A stretch of 64,000 nucleotides of DNA from Octopus vulgaris (Eukaryota), in assembly GCA_951406725.2 (NCBI GenBank), contig OX597831.1:22630001-22694000 (forward strand). The letters are read 5' to 3'. Both the position numbers and the translations under genes were made by a program. The notes beneath the pieces were generated by a model that saw only the letters and a list, made by a program, of their open reading frames with translations, was not told where the DNA came from and made no database searches. Of this stretch, positions 1-11,333 are shown piece after piece. Numbering within the stretch: position 1 is the stretch's first letter; each line of letters opens with the position of its first letter.

Positions 1-103
1 GCGTTAAACTAATACATCTATTTGTTGTTTACACACCCTTTTTCGTCGTTTGTTTTTTGTAAATTCTCTATATGTATATATGTATATATATATATATATA
101 TAA

Positions 104-385
104 TACGTTGGGATTCAAAAACCCACAGCAATTTAATACCTTGCCAAAACATCTCAGAGATCCACATGGAATAAGGGTAGATGTTTTTTTACCAAACATC
201 TCGAGTTGCTGCTGGTCAAGGTCCCAGATAAACCTACATTAGGTCCAGAAACTCAAAAGTGGACAGCAATATCGAACTAACCTCCTTCACCAAAATGAAA
301 GATCATTGAAAAGGTAATATATACTAGCGGTGCTCCATCATGGTCACAGCCTTTGGACTGAAACACATAAAGGAATAAGTGAATA
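104..385 (+). mobile_element. Decayed 3' end of a CR1/L2-group LINE (same family as 46358-46720)
   Basis: Translates to GFKNPQQFNTLPKHLRDPHGIRVDVF..LELLLVKVPDKP, then a tail gcggtgctccatcatggtcacagcc..tgaaac matching the copy at 46.6 kb. Confidence 0.6.
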
Positions 386-412
386 AAAGAATATATATAT
401 ATATATATATAT

Positions 413-681
413 ATACGAGGGAAAGTCAAAATTATCCGCACTTTCGCCATAACATATCTTTATTGTTGTCACACTGCCTTCTACGCATGCGTGCTTATAG
501 TTGGTACTATTGTGATCATGTGATCGAAGTTTGCGCCTGGTCGCGCCATTTTTCTTTCTGGATTTACAGTGTAAGCATGGCTGCTCCACTAGCAATGTGC
601 ACCAAAGAAGAGCAAAGAGCAATGATCCAATTTCTATGGTCGGACGGTGTGTCAGATGCTGAAATTCATCGGAGGCTTTTA
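413..681 (+). mobile_element. Mariner 5' end: TIR-like terminus plus first ~35 transposase codons
   Basis: Starts TA-CGAGGGAAAGTCAAAATTATCCGCAC directly after (TA)n; then MAAPLAMCTKEEQRAMIQFLWSDGVSDAEIHRRL, an inverted homologue of 1411-1514. Confidence 0.75.
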
Positions 682-684
682 CCA

Positions 685-1514
685 CGATTGGTTAATGTTT
701 ACAACGGTCTGGGCAGCCGTGTATACTTGTATTGTCATGCAACAACAAAACTTTCTTCGACAACAGGCTTCGGCGTTTGGTACGAATTCCTGACTTCCGT
801 TTGTTGGCCAGCAAAACACTGCATCTTGCACTGTTGGTCGTACACTCCTTTTCCAGGTAGTCTTCTAGCATAAGCTTTTTTGGGTCTCAAAAATGGATTA
901 GCATTACCTTTCCCGCGGAAGACTGAGTCTTGTATTTCTTCGTCGCTGGCGAGCCAGAATATTCCCACTCCATACTTCTTTTTTGGGGGTTCTGCTTCAT
1001 AAAGATGGACCCACATATCATCGCTTATGACTATTCTGCTCAAAAAATCTTCACCCTCTTTGCTGTAGCGATCGAGTAAACCTTGGCAGACCTCAATACG
1101 TTTGCCCTTCTGCTCTGCATTAAGCTCTCTTGGTACAAATCTTGCACAGACTTTATGGAAGCTGAACTCATCATGGATGTGTTGATAGGCAGAAACATGA
1201 CTAATCTGCAGAGAACGAGCTATCTCATCGATGATAACTCGCCGGTTGACCGTTACCATCTCACGAGCTTGCTAAATCTTCTCGTCAGTGGTGGAAGTTG
1301 ACGAGCGTCCGACTCCCACTTCGTGTATCACCCTTGTCCAACCACTTTTAAACTTCTCGATCCACCCATACACAGTTCTACGCGGTAGTGCACTGTTTTC
1401 GTATTGTGCTAAAAGCCTCCGATGAATTTCAGTACATGATACACCTTCCAACCACAGAAATTGGATTACTGCTCTTTGATCTTCTTTGGTACGCATTGCT
1501 AGTGGAGCGGACAC
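685..1514 (-). pseudogene. Mariner (Tc1/mariner) transposase pseudogene, 3'-truncated
   Basis: HTH region QRAVIQFLWLEG..EIHRRL..TVYGWIEKFKSG; KVCARFVPREL (WVPHEL-like); IVISDDMWVHLY (first catalytic D region); SAGKVM; LLLHDN; contains a stop and a frameshift. Confidence 0.9.
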
Positions 1515-1706
1515 GCCACGTGGAGATAATCGGAATTCTCTTCCTCCTTTATTTTACTATATATATATATATCTATATAAATATATATATACATAAAATT
1601 AATATAAAGAGCATTTTACAATGTTTCACCAGAAAGCAAAATTACAGTTGTCACTTTAAAGTTGGGGGGATTTGGTAAACTAAAGCTGGAAGAAGCCTGT
1701 CATATA

Positions 1707-1805
<99 letters not shown>

Positions 1806-1871
1806 TGAGTGTATGTGTGTATGTGTTTATATATATATATACATGTGTGTGTGTGTTTGATGTGAGAGGGA

Positions 1872-2145
1872 GGGCGACTGAAGAAGGGGAATTTCCTTGT
1901 GTTATTTGTCATGTACTCTATTTTTTCGTTGTTTAAGAAAGATGTCCAGTTCCTTGGTTTTGTGTTTATGTTTTCGTTTCTCATTGTGTTCGACGTTTTT
2001 TTTTTTTGGTGTCCTGTACCCAAATATGCATGTATATATACATGTAGATGTAGGTACGTACATATATGTATGTATATGTTTCATTTATTGATTTGTTATT
2101 ACACGACAGAACGCACGCATCCATTTCTAAGTAAGTTTGTTCTAT
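1872..2145 (+). repeat. Unclassified (TA)n-associated interspersed repeat; second copy at ~21620-21945 (-)
   Basis: Shared segments CTGA(A/T)GAAGG, TGTCCTGTACCCA(A/C)ATATGCAT and ACGCATCCATTTC(T/C)AAG(T/C)AAG in the same order. Confidence 0.55.
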
Positions 2146-2163
2146 ATATATATATACACACAC

Positions 2164-2374
<211 letters not shown>

Positions 2375-2394
2375 TAGCGGCGTGCGTACACTTT

Positions 2395-2431
<37 letters not shown>

Positions 2432-2559
2432 ATATATATATATATATATAAATATATATATATATGTGTGTGTGTGTGTGTATATATACATATTTATATA
2501 TATATATATATGTACGTATCTATATGTGTGTGTGCATGCGTGTGTGAGTGTGTGTTATG

Positions 2560-2750
2560 TGTTTGCCCTCCCACCAACGCGATGCTGGTGTTCACGTCCC
2601 CGTACCTTAGCGAATCGGCAAGTGAGTGCGATAGGATATGTACCAAGCTTTAAAAATATAAATCGGTGGGGACGATGTGTTCGACTGAAACCACTTCAAG
2701 CCGGTGTACCAGTATGGCCGCAGTCAAATAATTGAAAGGAGTAAAAGACA
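2560..2750 (+). mobile_element. SINE family A, 3' half
   Basis: gatgctggtgttcacgtccccg..cagtatggccgcagtcaaat..tgaaa matches complete copies. Confidence 0.7.
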
Positions 2751-2986
2751 GAAATTATATCGTCGGTGTATCGATATTATCAGACGGGACCTTCCCCTAT
2801 TTTGCATTCATTGAACGTTCTCCCAAATTCGCAAGCATTTGCCATTTAACCGCGAAATAATTATTCATAAAATCACTGTTAGAGCTCATTTCCGTCAGTT
2901 AATTTGGAATAGTATTTTTTAATATTGACCTCTTCAATGATGTGAGCACTCTCGCGAAGCGAGGTTTCATTAGCTTCACTAATTAA

Positions 2987-3023
<37 letters not shown>

Positions 3024-3279
3024 TACATATATGTGTGTGTGTATGTGCGTGTATTTTTATTTATGCGTTTATACACACACATATATATGTATAAATATAT
3101 ATGAATTGATACATAAATATTTTTGTGTACACATATATGTATGTATAAGTGGGTACGTAAAGGTATATATATATATATATATATATATTTGTATACACAC
3201 ACACACATACACACACGCACACACACGTGTTTTGGTGTTATTACTTTAAAGTTAAACATGAATATTTATGATTTCTGAT

Positions 3280-3350
3280 GTTGTTATTTATTATTATTAT
3301 TATTATTAATATTATTATTTTCATTATTATTGTTATTATTATTTTCATCA

Positions 3351-3385
<35 letters not shown>

Positions 3386-3446
3386 TTCATCATCATCATC
3401 ATCATTTTTATTATTATTATTATTATTATTGTTATTATCATTATTA

Positions 3447-3486
<40 letters not shown>

Positions 3487-3617
3487 CATTATTATAATCA
3501 TCATTCTTCTTCTTCTTCTTCTTCTTTTTCTTCTTCTTCTTATTATTATTTTCATTATTATTATTATTATTATCATCATTATTATCATTATTATTATTAA
3601 TATTATTATTATTATTA

Positions 3618-3652
<35 letters not shown>

Positions 3653-3725
3653 TTCATTATTATTATTATTATCATCATTATTATCATTATTATTATTAAC
3701 ATTATTATTATTATTATTATTATTG
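3280..3725. repeat. (TTA)n / (TCA)n compound microsatellite
   Basis: Direct reading. Confidence 0.95.
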
Positions 3726-3899
3726 GAACTATTTTTGTTTATATATGTATATTTCTGTTTATTCTGTTTTAATCTGGTGGCCAGCTTAGTAGTTTATTAT
3801 CTGAAATTTTCCAATCAATTTCATTTTTATTGAACCAGCCGACCACACATCAAACACTTCAGAGATAAACACTCTTAATGATCATGTAATAACACAAAC

Positions 3900-3952
<53 letters not shown>

Positions 3953-3965
3953 CTATATATATATA

Positions 3966-4073
<108 letters not shown>

Positions 4074-4090
4074 CTTTCACTGTAGAAAGA

Positions 4091-4129
<39 letters not shown>

Positions 4130-4130
4130 C

Positions 4131-4163
<33 letters not shown>

Positions 4164-4164
4164 G

Positions 4165-4238
<74 letters not shown>

Positions 4239-4435
4239 TGCAGTAGTGGTAGTAGCTGTGATAGTAGCAGTAGCAGGAGCAGTAGTAGCAGTTGTTGTTA
4301 ACTGTGGTTGTTGTTGCTGTTGTTGTTAACTGTGGTTGTTGTTGCTGTTGTTTCCAGAATCCGACGAGGTCGACTGACTTTTACCGTTTCGGGGTCGATA
4401 AAATAAGTACTACTGCACCTACAGTAGAAAGAACT

Positions 4436-4843
4436 AATTTCTTTAATGCTCACAGGGGGCTAAATATAGAGGGGACAAACAAGGACAGACAAAGCAATTA
4501 AGTCGATTACGTCGACTCCTGTGCGTAACTCGTACTTAATTTATCGACCCCCGAAAGGATGAAAGGCAAAGTCGACCACGGCAGAATTTGAACTCAGAAC
4601 GTAACGGCAGACGAAATACCTATTTCTTTACTACCCACAAGGGGATAAACACAGGGAGGACAAACAAATGGATTAAGTCGATTATATCGACCCCAGTGCG
4701 TATGTGGTCCTTAATTTATCGGCCCCGAAAGGATGAAAGGCAAAGTCGACCCCGGCGGAATTTGAACTCAGAACGTAGTGGCAGACGAAATACCGCTAAG
4801 CATTTCGCCCGGCGTGCTAACATGTCTGCCAGCTCGTCGCCTT
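4436..4843 (-). mobile_element. SINE family B, head-to-tail dimer
   Basis: tRNA-like head (AAGGCG..GAGCTGGCAGA, B-box GAGTTCAAATTCC) and core GTCGACTTTGCCTTTCATCCTTTCGGGG..GATAAATTAAG present twice; junction at ~4620. Confidence 0.85.
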
Positions 4844-5002
4844 CAATCTACTACTACTACTAATACTACTACTACTACTACTATTTGATGATAAGTGTAC
4901 AATGAAAAGTGTCAGTTGTCCACAGGCAGCAAATTAAAGGTGACACTTGTTTACTGGTCATGCTTCAAGAACCTTACAAAGGATTTTTGGAGTTCGAAGC
5001 AA

Positions 5003-5316
5003 TACTCTTTTACTCTGTTACTTCTTTCAGTCATTTGGCTGTGGCCATGCTGGAGCACCGCCTTTAGTGAAGCAAATCGACCCCAGGACTTATTCTTTGT
5101 AAGCCTAGTACTTATTCTCTCGGTCTTTTTTGCCGAACCGCTAAGTTACAGAGACGTAAACACAGCAGCATCAGTTATCAAGCGATGTTAAGGGGGGGGA
5201 CAAACACAGACACACACACAGACACACACACACACAAACACATACACACACACACACACATACACACAAATGTAAAGGTAGAACACCAACAAAAATCAGC
5301 AAGAGTGGCTGTGTGG

Positions 5317-5353
<37 letters not shown>

Positions 5354-5523
5354 CATATATATACGACGGGTTTCTTTTAGTTTCCGTCACCCAAATCCAC
5401 TCATAAGGCTTTGGTCGGCCCGAGGCTATAGTAGAAGACACTTGCCCAGGATGCCACGCAGTGGGACTGAACCCGGAACCATGTGGTTCGTAAGCAAGCT
5501 ACTAACCACACAGCCACTCCTGC
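5003..5523 (-). mobile_element. SINE family A, full length
   Basis: Head GCAGGAGTGGCTGTGTGGT..GGTTCAGTCCC (A/B-box-like), internal (TA/TG)n, tail GGCGGTGCTCCAGCATGGCC..TGAAA, (AAAGAGT)n. Confidence 0.9.
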
Positions 5524-5624
5524 TGATTTTTGTTGGTGTTCTACCTTTACATTTGTACCTGTCTTTTTGAGCCAAGCTGGTAGCTGAGTGCTAATACGTT
5601 AAAGTGCGCCAAATATTTACTGTT

Positions 5625-5820
5625 GGAACCGTCTCTACACTCCTTCGTATTTCCCACTTCCAATCGTCATAGTTGTTTGTGTTCTTTCTCTTTGATCCTG
5701 TTGTCACCGGAACTTGCTATATCGATTACCATGAAAGTTCTTTCTTCCTTTTTTCCACCACAACATTTTCCGGTTTCCGATGTCTGGATCATTGCACCTC
5801 ATAGGATTTTGCAATTAAAG
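5625..5820 (-). pseudogene. Decayed restriction-like endonuclease fragment of an R4/Dong-type LINE
   Basis: Minus strand reads KIL*GAMIQT..RKPENVVVEK..RTFMVIDIASSGDNRIKEKEH..YDDWKWEIRR, matching the LWN..IQTD..RPD..ID..P.D..K..KY layout of the intact ORF. Confidence 0.6.
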
Positions 5821-6120
5821 AGAATCGATAAGGTTTAGCAAAGGACTAGCAGTAGAATGAAACAGAGAAGAGGGGCTTTTAGAAAAGGTATCGCCACCGA
5901 CGTGCTCGCAGCGAGATTGGTACACGAGCAATTCTTCAACGCAAAACATGATGGTTGCGTTGTTGGAGATAAGGCACGAGTACTTAGATACTAAGGGACG
6001 AAATCCGTTCAATGGGCCCGAGTGGCAGAGGCACGGCGTGGCGACAAATCCACGATCCGATCCTTGCCGGACCACAACAGGCAAATAATAACTTATCCGA
6101 GACAGATGTGTGCGGCCTTT

Positions 6121-6300
6121 CAACCGATACTGGTGTGTTTACGTCCCCGTCACTTAGCGGTTCGGCAAGATAGACCAATAGAATAAATAGTAAGCTTACA
6201 AAGAATAAGTACTGGGGACGATTTGCTCGTCTAAAGGGTGGTGCTCCAGCATGGCCGCAGTCCAATGACTGAAACAAATAAAAGAATAAAAGAAAAAGAA
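6121..6300 (+). mobile_element. SINE family A, 3' half
   Basis: caaccgatactggtgtgtttacgtcccc..ggtgctccagcatggccgcagtc. Confidence 0.85.
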
Positions 6301-6434
6301 AGAAAATTATATATATATATATGTATGTATGTATGTATGAATGTATGTATGTATGTATGTATGAATGTATGTATGTATGTATGTATGTATATATAATATG
6401 TATGTATGCATGTATGTATGTATGTATATATATA

Positions 6435-6465
<31 letters not shown>

Positions 6466-6501
6466 TGTATATATATATGTATATATATATATATGTATAT
6501 A

Positions 6502-6587
<86 letters not shown>

Positions 6588-6917
6588 AGAGCATGAATGT
6601 ATGTGTATAAATATTGAAACAATACAAAATTCTCTACGGATGACCAGAGTAATGTTAATTGGTTAGGAAGTCTGCTAGAAAATTGTTTACTTCCGGTGGC
6701 AATCATTCCAAAGATACAATTTATAAATCTCAATGTAACAATAGAATCGTGAACGATTTTATCAAATGTTCCAAATTATTTCTTTTGAATGCAACTATGG
6801 AATTCTTGCAGATGTTTTCAGAATGATAAAAACTAGTTATAATAGATATTCTTGGTTTAGACTATTATTGTTCTTGTAATTATCATTATGATTTTGATAT
6901 TATTATTATTATTATCA

Positions 6918-7124
6918 TTCAGTAGTTTTATTTTTATAGCGTGCTTTCACTTCACTACCAAGCGCAGCTCTGTGTGCCTTAGGTATGTGCTGTGATTTGT
7001 TGTGATGCTCTGATGGTTATTGTATGAAAAGTGTTCTGCGTAGGATGTGTGCAGTGCCTAGTAGTACAATTTTCTGTATGTTATATGTGTTTGTAAGTCC
7101 TGGTGTTTTTGTTATGTATTTGTC
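6918..7124 (-). mobile_element. 5'-truncated copy of a second R4/Dong family in a (TAA)n array
   Basis: KYITKTPGLTNTYNIQKIVLLGTAHILRRTLFIQ* is homologous to the C-terminus of the intact ORF but has a different 3'UTR; (TAA)n on both sides. Confidence 0.85.
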
Positions 7125-7316
7125 TATTATTATTATTATTATTATTATTATTCTATGTTTGACTTTTGCTTTATATTTGTACAAGTTGGCTCCAAGTCTC
7201 ACCCAGAGACCTCAAGAGACAACAGGGTTGGAAGTTCATGTTGTTGTTATGCCTAGTGTGCCATATATTTGGGGGGTGGGGATGTTGTACTAATGAATGT
7301 CTAAAAAAAAAAAAAA

Positions 7317-7352
<36 letters not shown>

Positions 7353-10300
7353 CGAAAATTATGTTTGTTTTAAACCTTGAGATTACATAGAGAGTATTTT
7401 GCGTAGGATATGAGCAGTTCCCATGAGCACTATCTTTTGAACTTCTGCCATTTTTGGGTTTCCTGGTATCTGAGTTAGGTAGCTATCAGCCCCTTTTGCT
7501 ATCATTCCCAGGGCACCTATGACAACAGGTATTGTTTTAGTCTTCAGCTTCCACATTTTGCTGATTTCTATTTCAAGATCTTTATATTTGCTCAGTTTTT
7601 GGTAGGTCTTGACAGATACGTTTATATCGATTGGGACAGTCATATCAATGAGGAGGCATGTTCTTTGTTTGAAGTTTTTCAATATGATGTCTGGCCTATT
7701 TGCATCTATCTTCCTGTCAGTTTGAATGGTGAAGTTCCAGAGGAGTGAGATGTGGTCATTTTCAAGCACTGGGGGTGGTTTGTGTTCCCACCAGTTTTTT
7801 TCATGGGGCAAATCCAGGTTTTTACAGATTACCCAGTGAATATATTGTGCAGCTCTATCGTGCCTGTTGAGATACTCTGTAGGCGCTAGAAGACTGCACT
7901 TGGAGACCACATGGTCAATGGTTTCATTTTGTTGCTTGCATACACGACACGTTGGACTGCTTCTGATCTTTAATATGTTGGCCTGGTAGTTTCTTGTTGG
8001 TAGGCATTGATCTTGAGCTGCTATGATAAACCCCTCTGTTTCAGATTTTAAGCCAGAGGCCATTAGCCATTGATGGGTCAGGGCTTTGTCGATATCTGCA
8101 TTATTCGCTCTCTTTGGGTATTTGCCATAGAGAGGTTTTTCTTGCCATTTATTATTCAGAATATCTAAGGCCGCAGTTTTGGCACGGGTTTTCATGCGCC
8201 TAGCTTTTTCTGTGCTTGTTTCTTGTATATCTATCTCTAATTCCGAAATTGGTTGTATTCGGAATTCACTTAGATATTCCTTTGCCTGTTTTGTGACTGA
8301 GTATGATGCTTTCTTGTTTTCATGTTTTGAGACAAGTTTTAGCATCCAGTCCTCAGAGTTTTTCAGGTAGGTGTCTAGGCCAATTGTAGCAATCTTCATT
8401 GTTATTGCCAGTTGCAAAAGACCACGGCCTCCCTCTTTTCTTGGCAGATAGAGTCGTTCTGTATCTGCCTTAGGGTGGTGCATTCTATGCATTGTCAACA
8501 GTTTCCTTATTTTTCTGTCGAGCTGACATATTTCAGTAATTGACCAGTTAACAATATTGAAACTGTAAGTCACGACTGGTATAGCTAATGCATTGATTGC
8601 TTCGATCCTGTTTCTTGCATTCAGCTCTGTCTTGAGTATTGCTCTCACTCTTCGATAGCATTCTCTCCTGATCCTTTCCTTCATCTCTGAATGCCTTATT
8701 CCGTTCCCTTCAATTATCCCTAGGTACTTGTAGCTCTCCGCTGGGTCTAGTTCTTTTATGACATTCTGTTGGTCAAGGTTAACGTTAGATGTTTCTGTCA
8801 TTTTTCCTTTGATAAAGGTAGCCTTTGCACATTTATCGAGGCCGAATTGCATTCTGATGTCGTCACTGAATTGTTTGACTATCGCTAGTAAGCCCTTGAG
8901 TTGTTGATCATTTTTTGCAAAAAGCTTTAAATCATCCATGTAAACGAGATGATTTATATTTTTATCAAACATTTTATACCCGTACTGCGCGTCATTGAGC
9001 AGCTTTGAGAGAGGTATTAAGGATAAACAAAAGAGGAGTGGTGACAGTGAGTCACCCTGGAAAATGCCACACGAAATTTTTACATCACCAGCATTTAGGG
9101 ATTCACTGTCACTGTTCAGAGTTAGTGTGGTTCTCCATGATCTCATACTTACAGTCAAGAAGTTTCGCAGAGTTGGTGCTATCTTATACATTTCAAGGCA
9201 TTTCCTAATCCAGCTATGTGGTAGGCTATCAAAAGCCTTTTTATAGTCTATCCAGGCTATTGATAAGTTTTTGTGTCGTTTGTGACAATCTTCTAAGATC
9301 ATCTTATTGATGAGTAGTTGGTCTTTACAGCCGTAGGATCCACGTTTACATCCTTTCTGTTCATTAGGGAATATGCTGCTGTCTGTTAAAAAACTATAGG
9401 TATATTCCGTCAGGACAGATGTTAGTGTTTTGTACATAGTTGTTAAGCAGGTTATGGGTCTATAGTTTTTTGGTTCATTTGTTTCTTCACTTTTTGGAAG
9501 CAGGAATGTTAACCCATTAACTAGCCAAGGAGGCATCCTACTAGGGTGTTGCAAAACATCATTGTACAGTTCTGTTAGCAGTTCATGGCTCTCTGGGAAG
9601 GCATTCAGCCAGAAGTTAGGAATTTTATCCTTTCCTGGAGACTTCCATTTGCTTGACCTCCTGAGAGCAGATCTTATATCTTCTACCTTGACACCCTCCC
9701 ACTTTTGCTCTTCTAAGGGGTCCAGTTCTGTAGATATTCTGTCAATCCAGGGGGCCTTTTCGTTGTGTGTTTTTTCTTCTGCCCAGATTTTATTCCAAAA
9801 TCTCTGCACTTCTTCTTTTGATGGTACAGACCCTGCAGTAAACGCTGTTTTTCCTATCTTCCTGTAAAAATTCTTGGTGTTATTTTTGAACATGTTGTTG
9901 TCCTTGAAAAATCTAACACGCTTTTCATACCTCGCTATGCGGGCAGCTTTGGCAGATACCTTTTGTTTGATGGTTTCTATGGTGGCATCAATATCAAGTA
10001 TAGTTTTCATATTGTATTTTTTCAGTAATTTTGGGGTTTTTGTAGGTTTGGTAATCTTGTGAGCCTTAAGGTTTTTCAAATATTCAATGTCAGATCTAAA
10101 TATTTTAATTTGTTGTTGCAGACGCTCTTGCCAAGAAGGCTTTTTGTGGGACTGTTGCCGTTTTCTAATCTTTACACCACATAGGATCGTTGAGATTTTC
10201 GCGGATGCATAGTATAGGTGGTTGAGGTTTGTGATATCAACATCATTAACTGAAATTATATCCTTAAGTGCAAGCCGGATTTTACCAATTATTTTCATGT

Positions 10301-11333
10301 TTTGGTTAGAGTTGCGGATTTTAGGAAGTGTATCACGCTCATCCATGCTGGTTTCTTTAATTTTCAGCCATTCAATCATGATTTGATTTTTTAGCTCATG
10401 TAGTTCTGTTGGGTCAATATTTGTATGACTTTCTTTATCTATTTGATGCTCATCTGTCTTAGTGTTTATGATTGGTTCAGGGCGTATTTCACTTTGCCTA
10501 TCACTTATACTAACTCTTTCGATCCTCTCTTCGTTTTTATCCGCCCTGGGCTGGTCTATAATCATTTCCTCTGTATTATCTTCTCTAGCTGCAGCTTCGT
10601 TCATTTTATCCGATATTGCTTGTCTAACCTGATCAATCTCTACTTCAGTCAGTAATTTCTTTTTTATAATGTTTCTTCTAACATTGGCAAGCTTGTTACT
10701 GTCTATGTAGGGTCTTACTTCAGGGTGTTTCTGTCTCCAGTTTAAGTATGCTTGTACAGTGCTAGACTTATCTGTGGGGAAATATATGGCATGGTAGAAG
10801 GCCTCAAGAACTTCTTTATTATCTTCCCTAGACCATTTTTCCTTCTTTTTCTTTTGATTATTTGGTGATGAGCATGGATGGCCATCTGTTGGAATATTCC
10901 GGTTGTGGGGTTCGTCCAGCTCCTGTGTGTTGGGAAGATTTGATCCAGTAACTGATTTTTCAATCAGGATTTGGTTCAATTTTCGGGTACGTGGTCTTTT
11001 GTAATCCGCGCAATGACCAATGCGGTTTATTGTTTGATTTGTTGACCTTGAAGCATGACGAGTATCCATTCTTATATTAGGAGATGGATCTGTCAGTTTA
11101 GGGTTCACTACATGTAAGCATTGCTCATAGCGCCGCTTCTTAAGACTAGCAGATCTATATTCGTCTGTATTTTTTTTGTTGATAGTTTTATCTACGGACA
11201 TTTTTTTTTTTTTTTTTTTTTTCCTCCTCTTCCTTTCTTCAAGGCTTACTGTGTCTGTATTAGTTCGAAATAATGAGAATAAAATACGGAGAAGGAAACG
11301 AAAAGAAAGGGAAAAAGACGGGATCTGTCAGTT
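7125..11333 (-). mobile_element. Apparently full-length R4/Dong-clade non-LTR retrotransposon
   Basis: Intact ORF; ~230-nt 3'UTR ending CAAACATAGA-(ATA)n at 7152-7125; probable 5' end at ~11333 directly after degenerate TAA repeats (5' boundary inferred). Confidence 0.85.
7383..11201 (-). CDS. RT-CCHC-RLE polyprotein of R4/Dong retrotransposon (1272 aa; true start may be a downstream Met)
   Basis: WKSPGKD, YRPITCL, EQKG, WIDYKKAFDS, GIFQGDSLSPLLF, YMDD, FGLDKC, YKYLG; CRVC..ETIDHVVSKC zinc knuckle; RHD; RPD..IDMTVP..K..KY endonuclease; no stops or frameshifts. Confidence 0.97.
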   Translation of the reverse strand: MSVDKTINKKNTDEYRSASLKKRRYEQCLHVVNPKLTDPSPNIRMDTRHASRSTNQTINRIGHCADYKRPRTRKLNQILIEKSVTGSNLPNTQELDEPHNRNIPTDGHPCSSPNNQKKKKEKWSREDNKEVLEAFYHAIYFPTDKSSTVQAYLNWRQKHPEVRPYIDSNKLANVRRNIIKKKLLTEVEIDQVRQAISDKMNEAAAREDNTEEMIIDQPRADKNEERIERVSISDRQSEIRPEPIINTKTDEHQIDKESHTNIDPTELHELKNQIMIEWLKIKETSMDERDTLPKIRNSNQNMKIIGKIRLALKDIISVNDVDITNLNHLYYASAKISTILCGVKIRKRQQSHKKPSWQERLQQQIKIFRSDIEYLKNLKAHKITKPTKTPKLLKKYNMKTILDIDATIETIKQKVSAKAARIARYEKRVRFFKDNNMFKNNTKNFYRKIGKTAFTAGSVPSKEEVQRFWNKIWAEEKTHNEKAPWIDRISTELDPLEEQKWEGVKVEDIRSALRRSSKWKSPGKDKIPNFWLNAFPESHELLTELYNDVLQHPSRMPPWLVNGLTFLLPKSEETNEPKNYRPITCLTTMYKTLTSVLTEYTYSFLTDSSIFPNEQKGCKRGSYGCKDQLLINKMILEDCHKRHKNLSIAWIDYKKAFDSLPHSWIRKCLEMYKIAPTLRNFLTVSMRSWRTTLTLNSDSESLNAGDVKISCGIFQGDSLSPLLFCLSLIPLSKLLNDAQYGYKMFDKNINHLVYMDDLKLFAKNDQQLKGLLAIVKQFSDDIRMQFGLDKCAKATFIKGKMTETSNVNLDQQNVIKELDPAESYKYLGIIEGNGIRHSEMKERIRRECYRRVRAILKTELNARNRIEAINALAIPVVTYSFNIVNWSITEICQLDRKIRKLLTMHRMHHPKADTERLYLPRKEGGRGLLQLAITMKIATIGLDTYLKNSEDWMLKLVSKHENKKASYSVTKQAKEYLSEFRIQPISELEIDIQETSTEKARRMKTRAKTAALDILNNKWQEKPLYGKYPKRANNADIDKALTHQWLMASGLKSETEGFIIAAQDQCLPTRNYQANILKIRSSPTCRVCKQQNETIDHVVSKCSLLAPTEYLNRHDRAAQYIHWVICKNLDLPHEKNWWEHKPPPVLENDHISLLWNFTIQTDRKIDANRPDIILKNFKQRTCLLIDMTVPIDINVSVKTYQKLSKYKDLEIEISKMWKLKTKTIPVVIGALGMIAKGADSYLTQIPGNPKMAEVQKIVLMGTAHILRKILSM

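Noticed and set aside
1872-1910. CTGAAGA (and CTGATGA in the copy at ~21927) as a hammerhead
   Set aside because: No GAAA after the putative stem II and no stem I/III pairing
5815-6123. 102-aa non-repetitive ORF as a host exon
   Set aside because: No recognisable domain or splice context; lies between TE fragments
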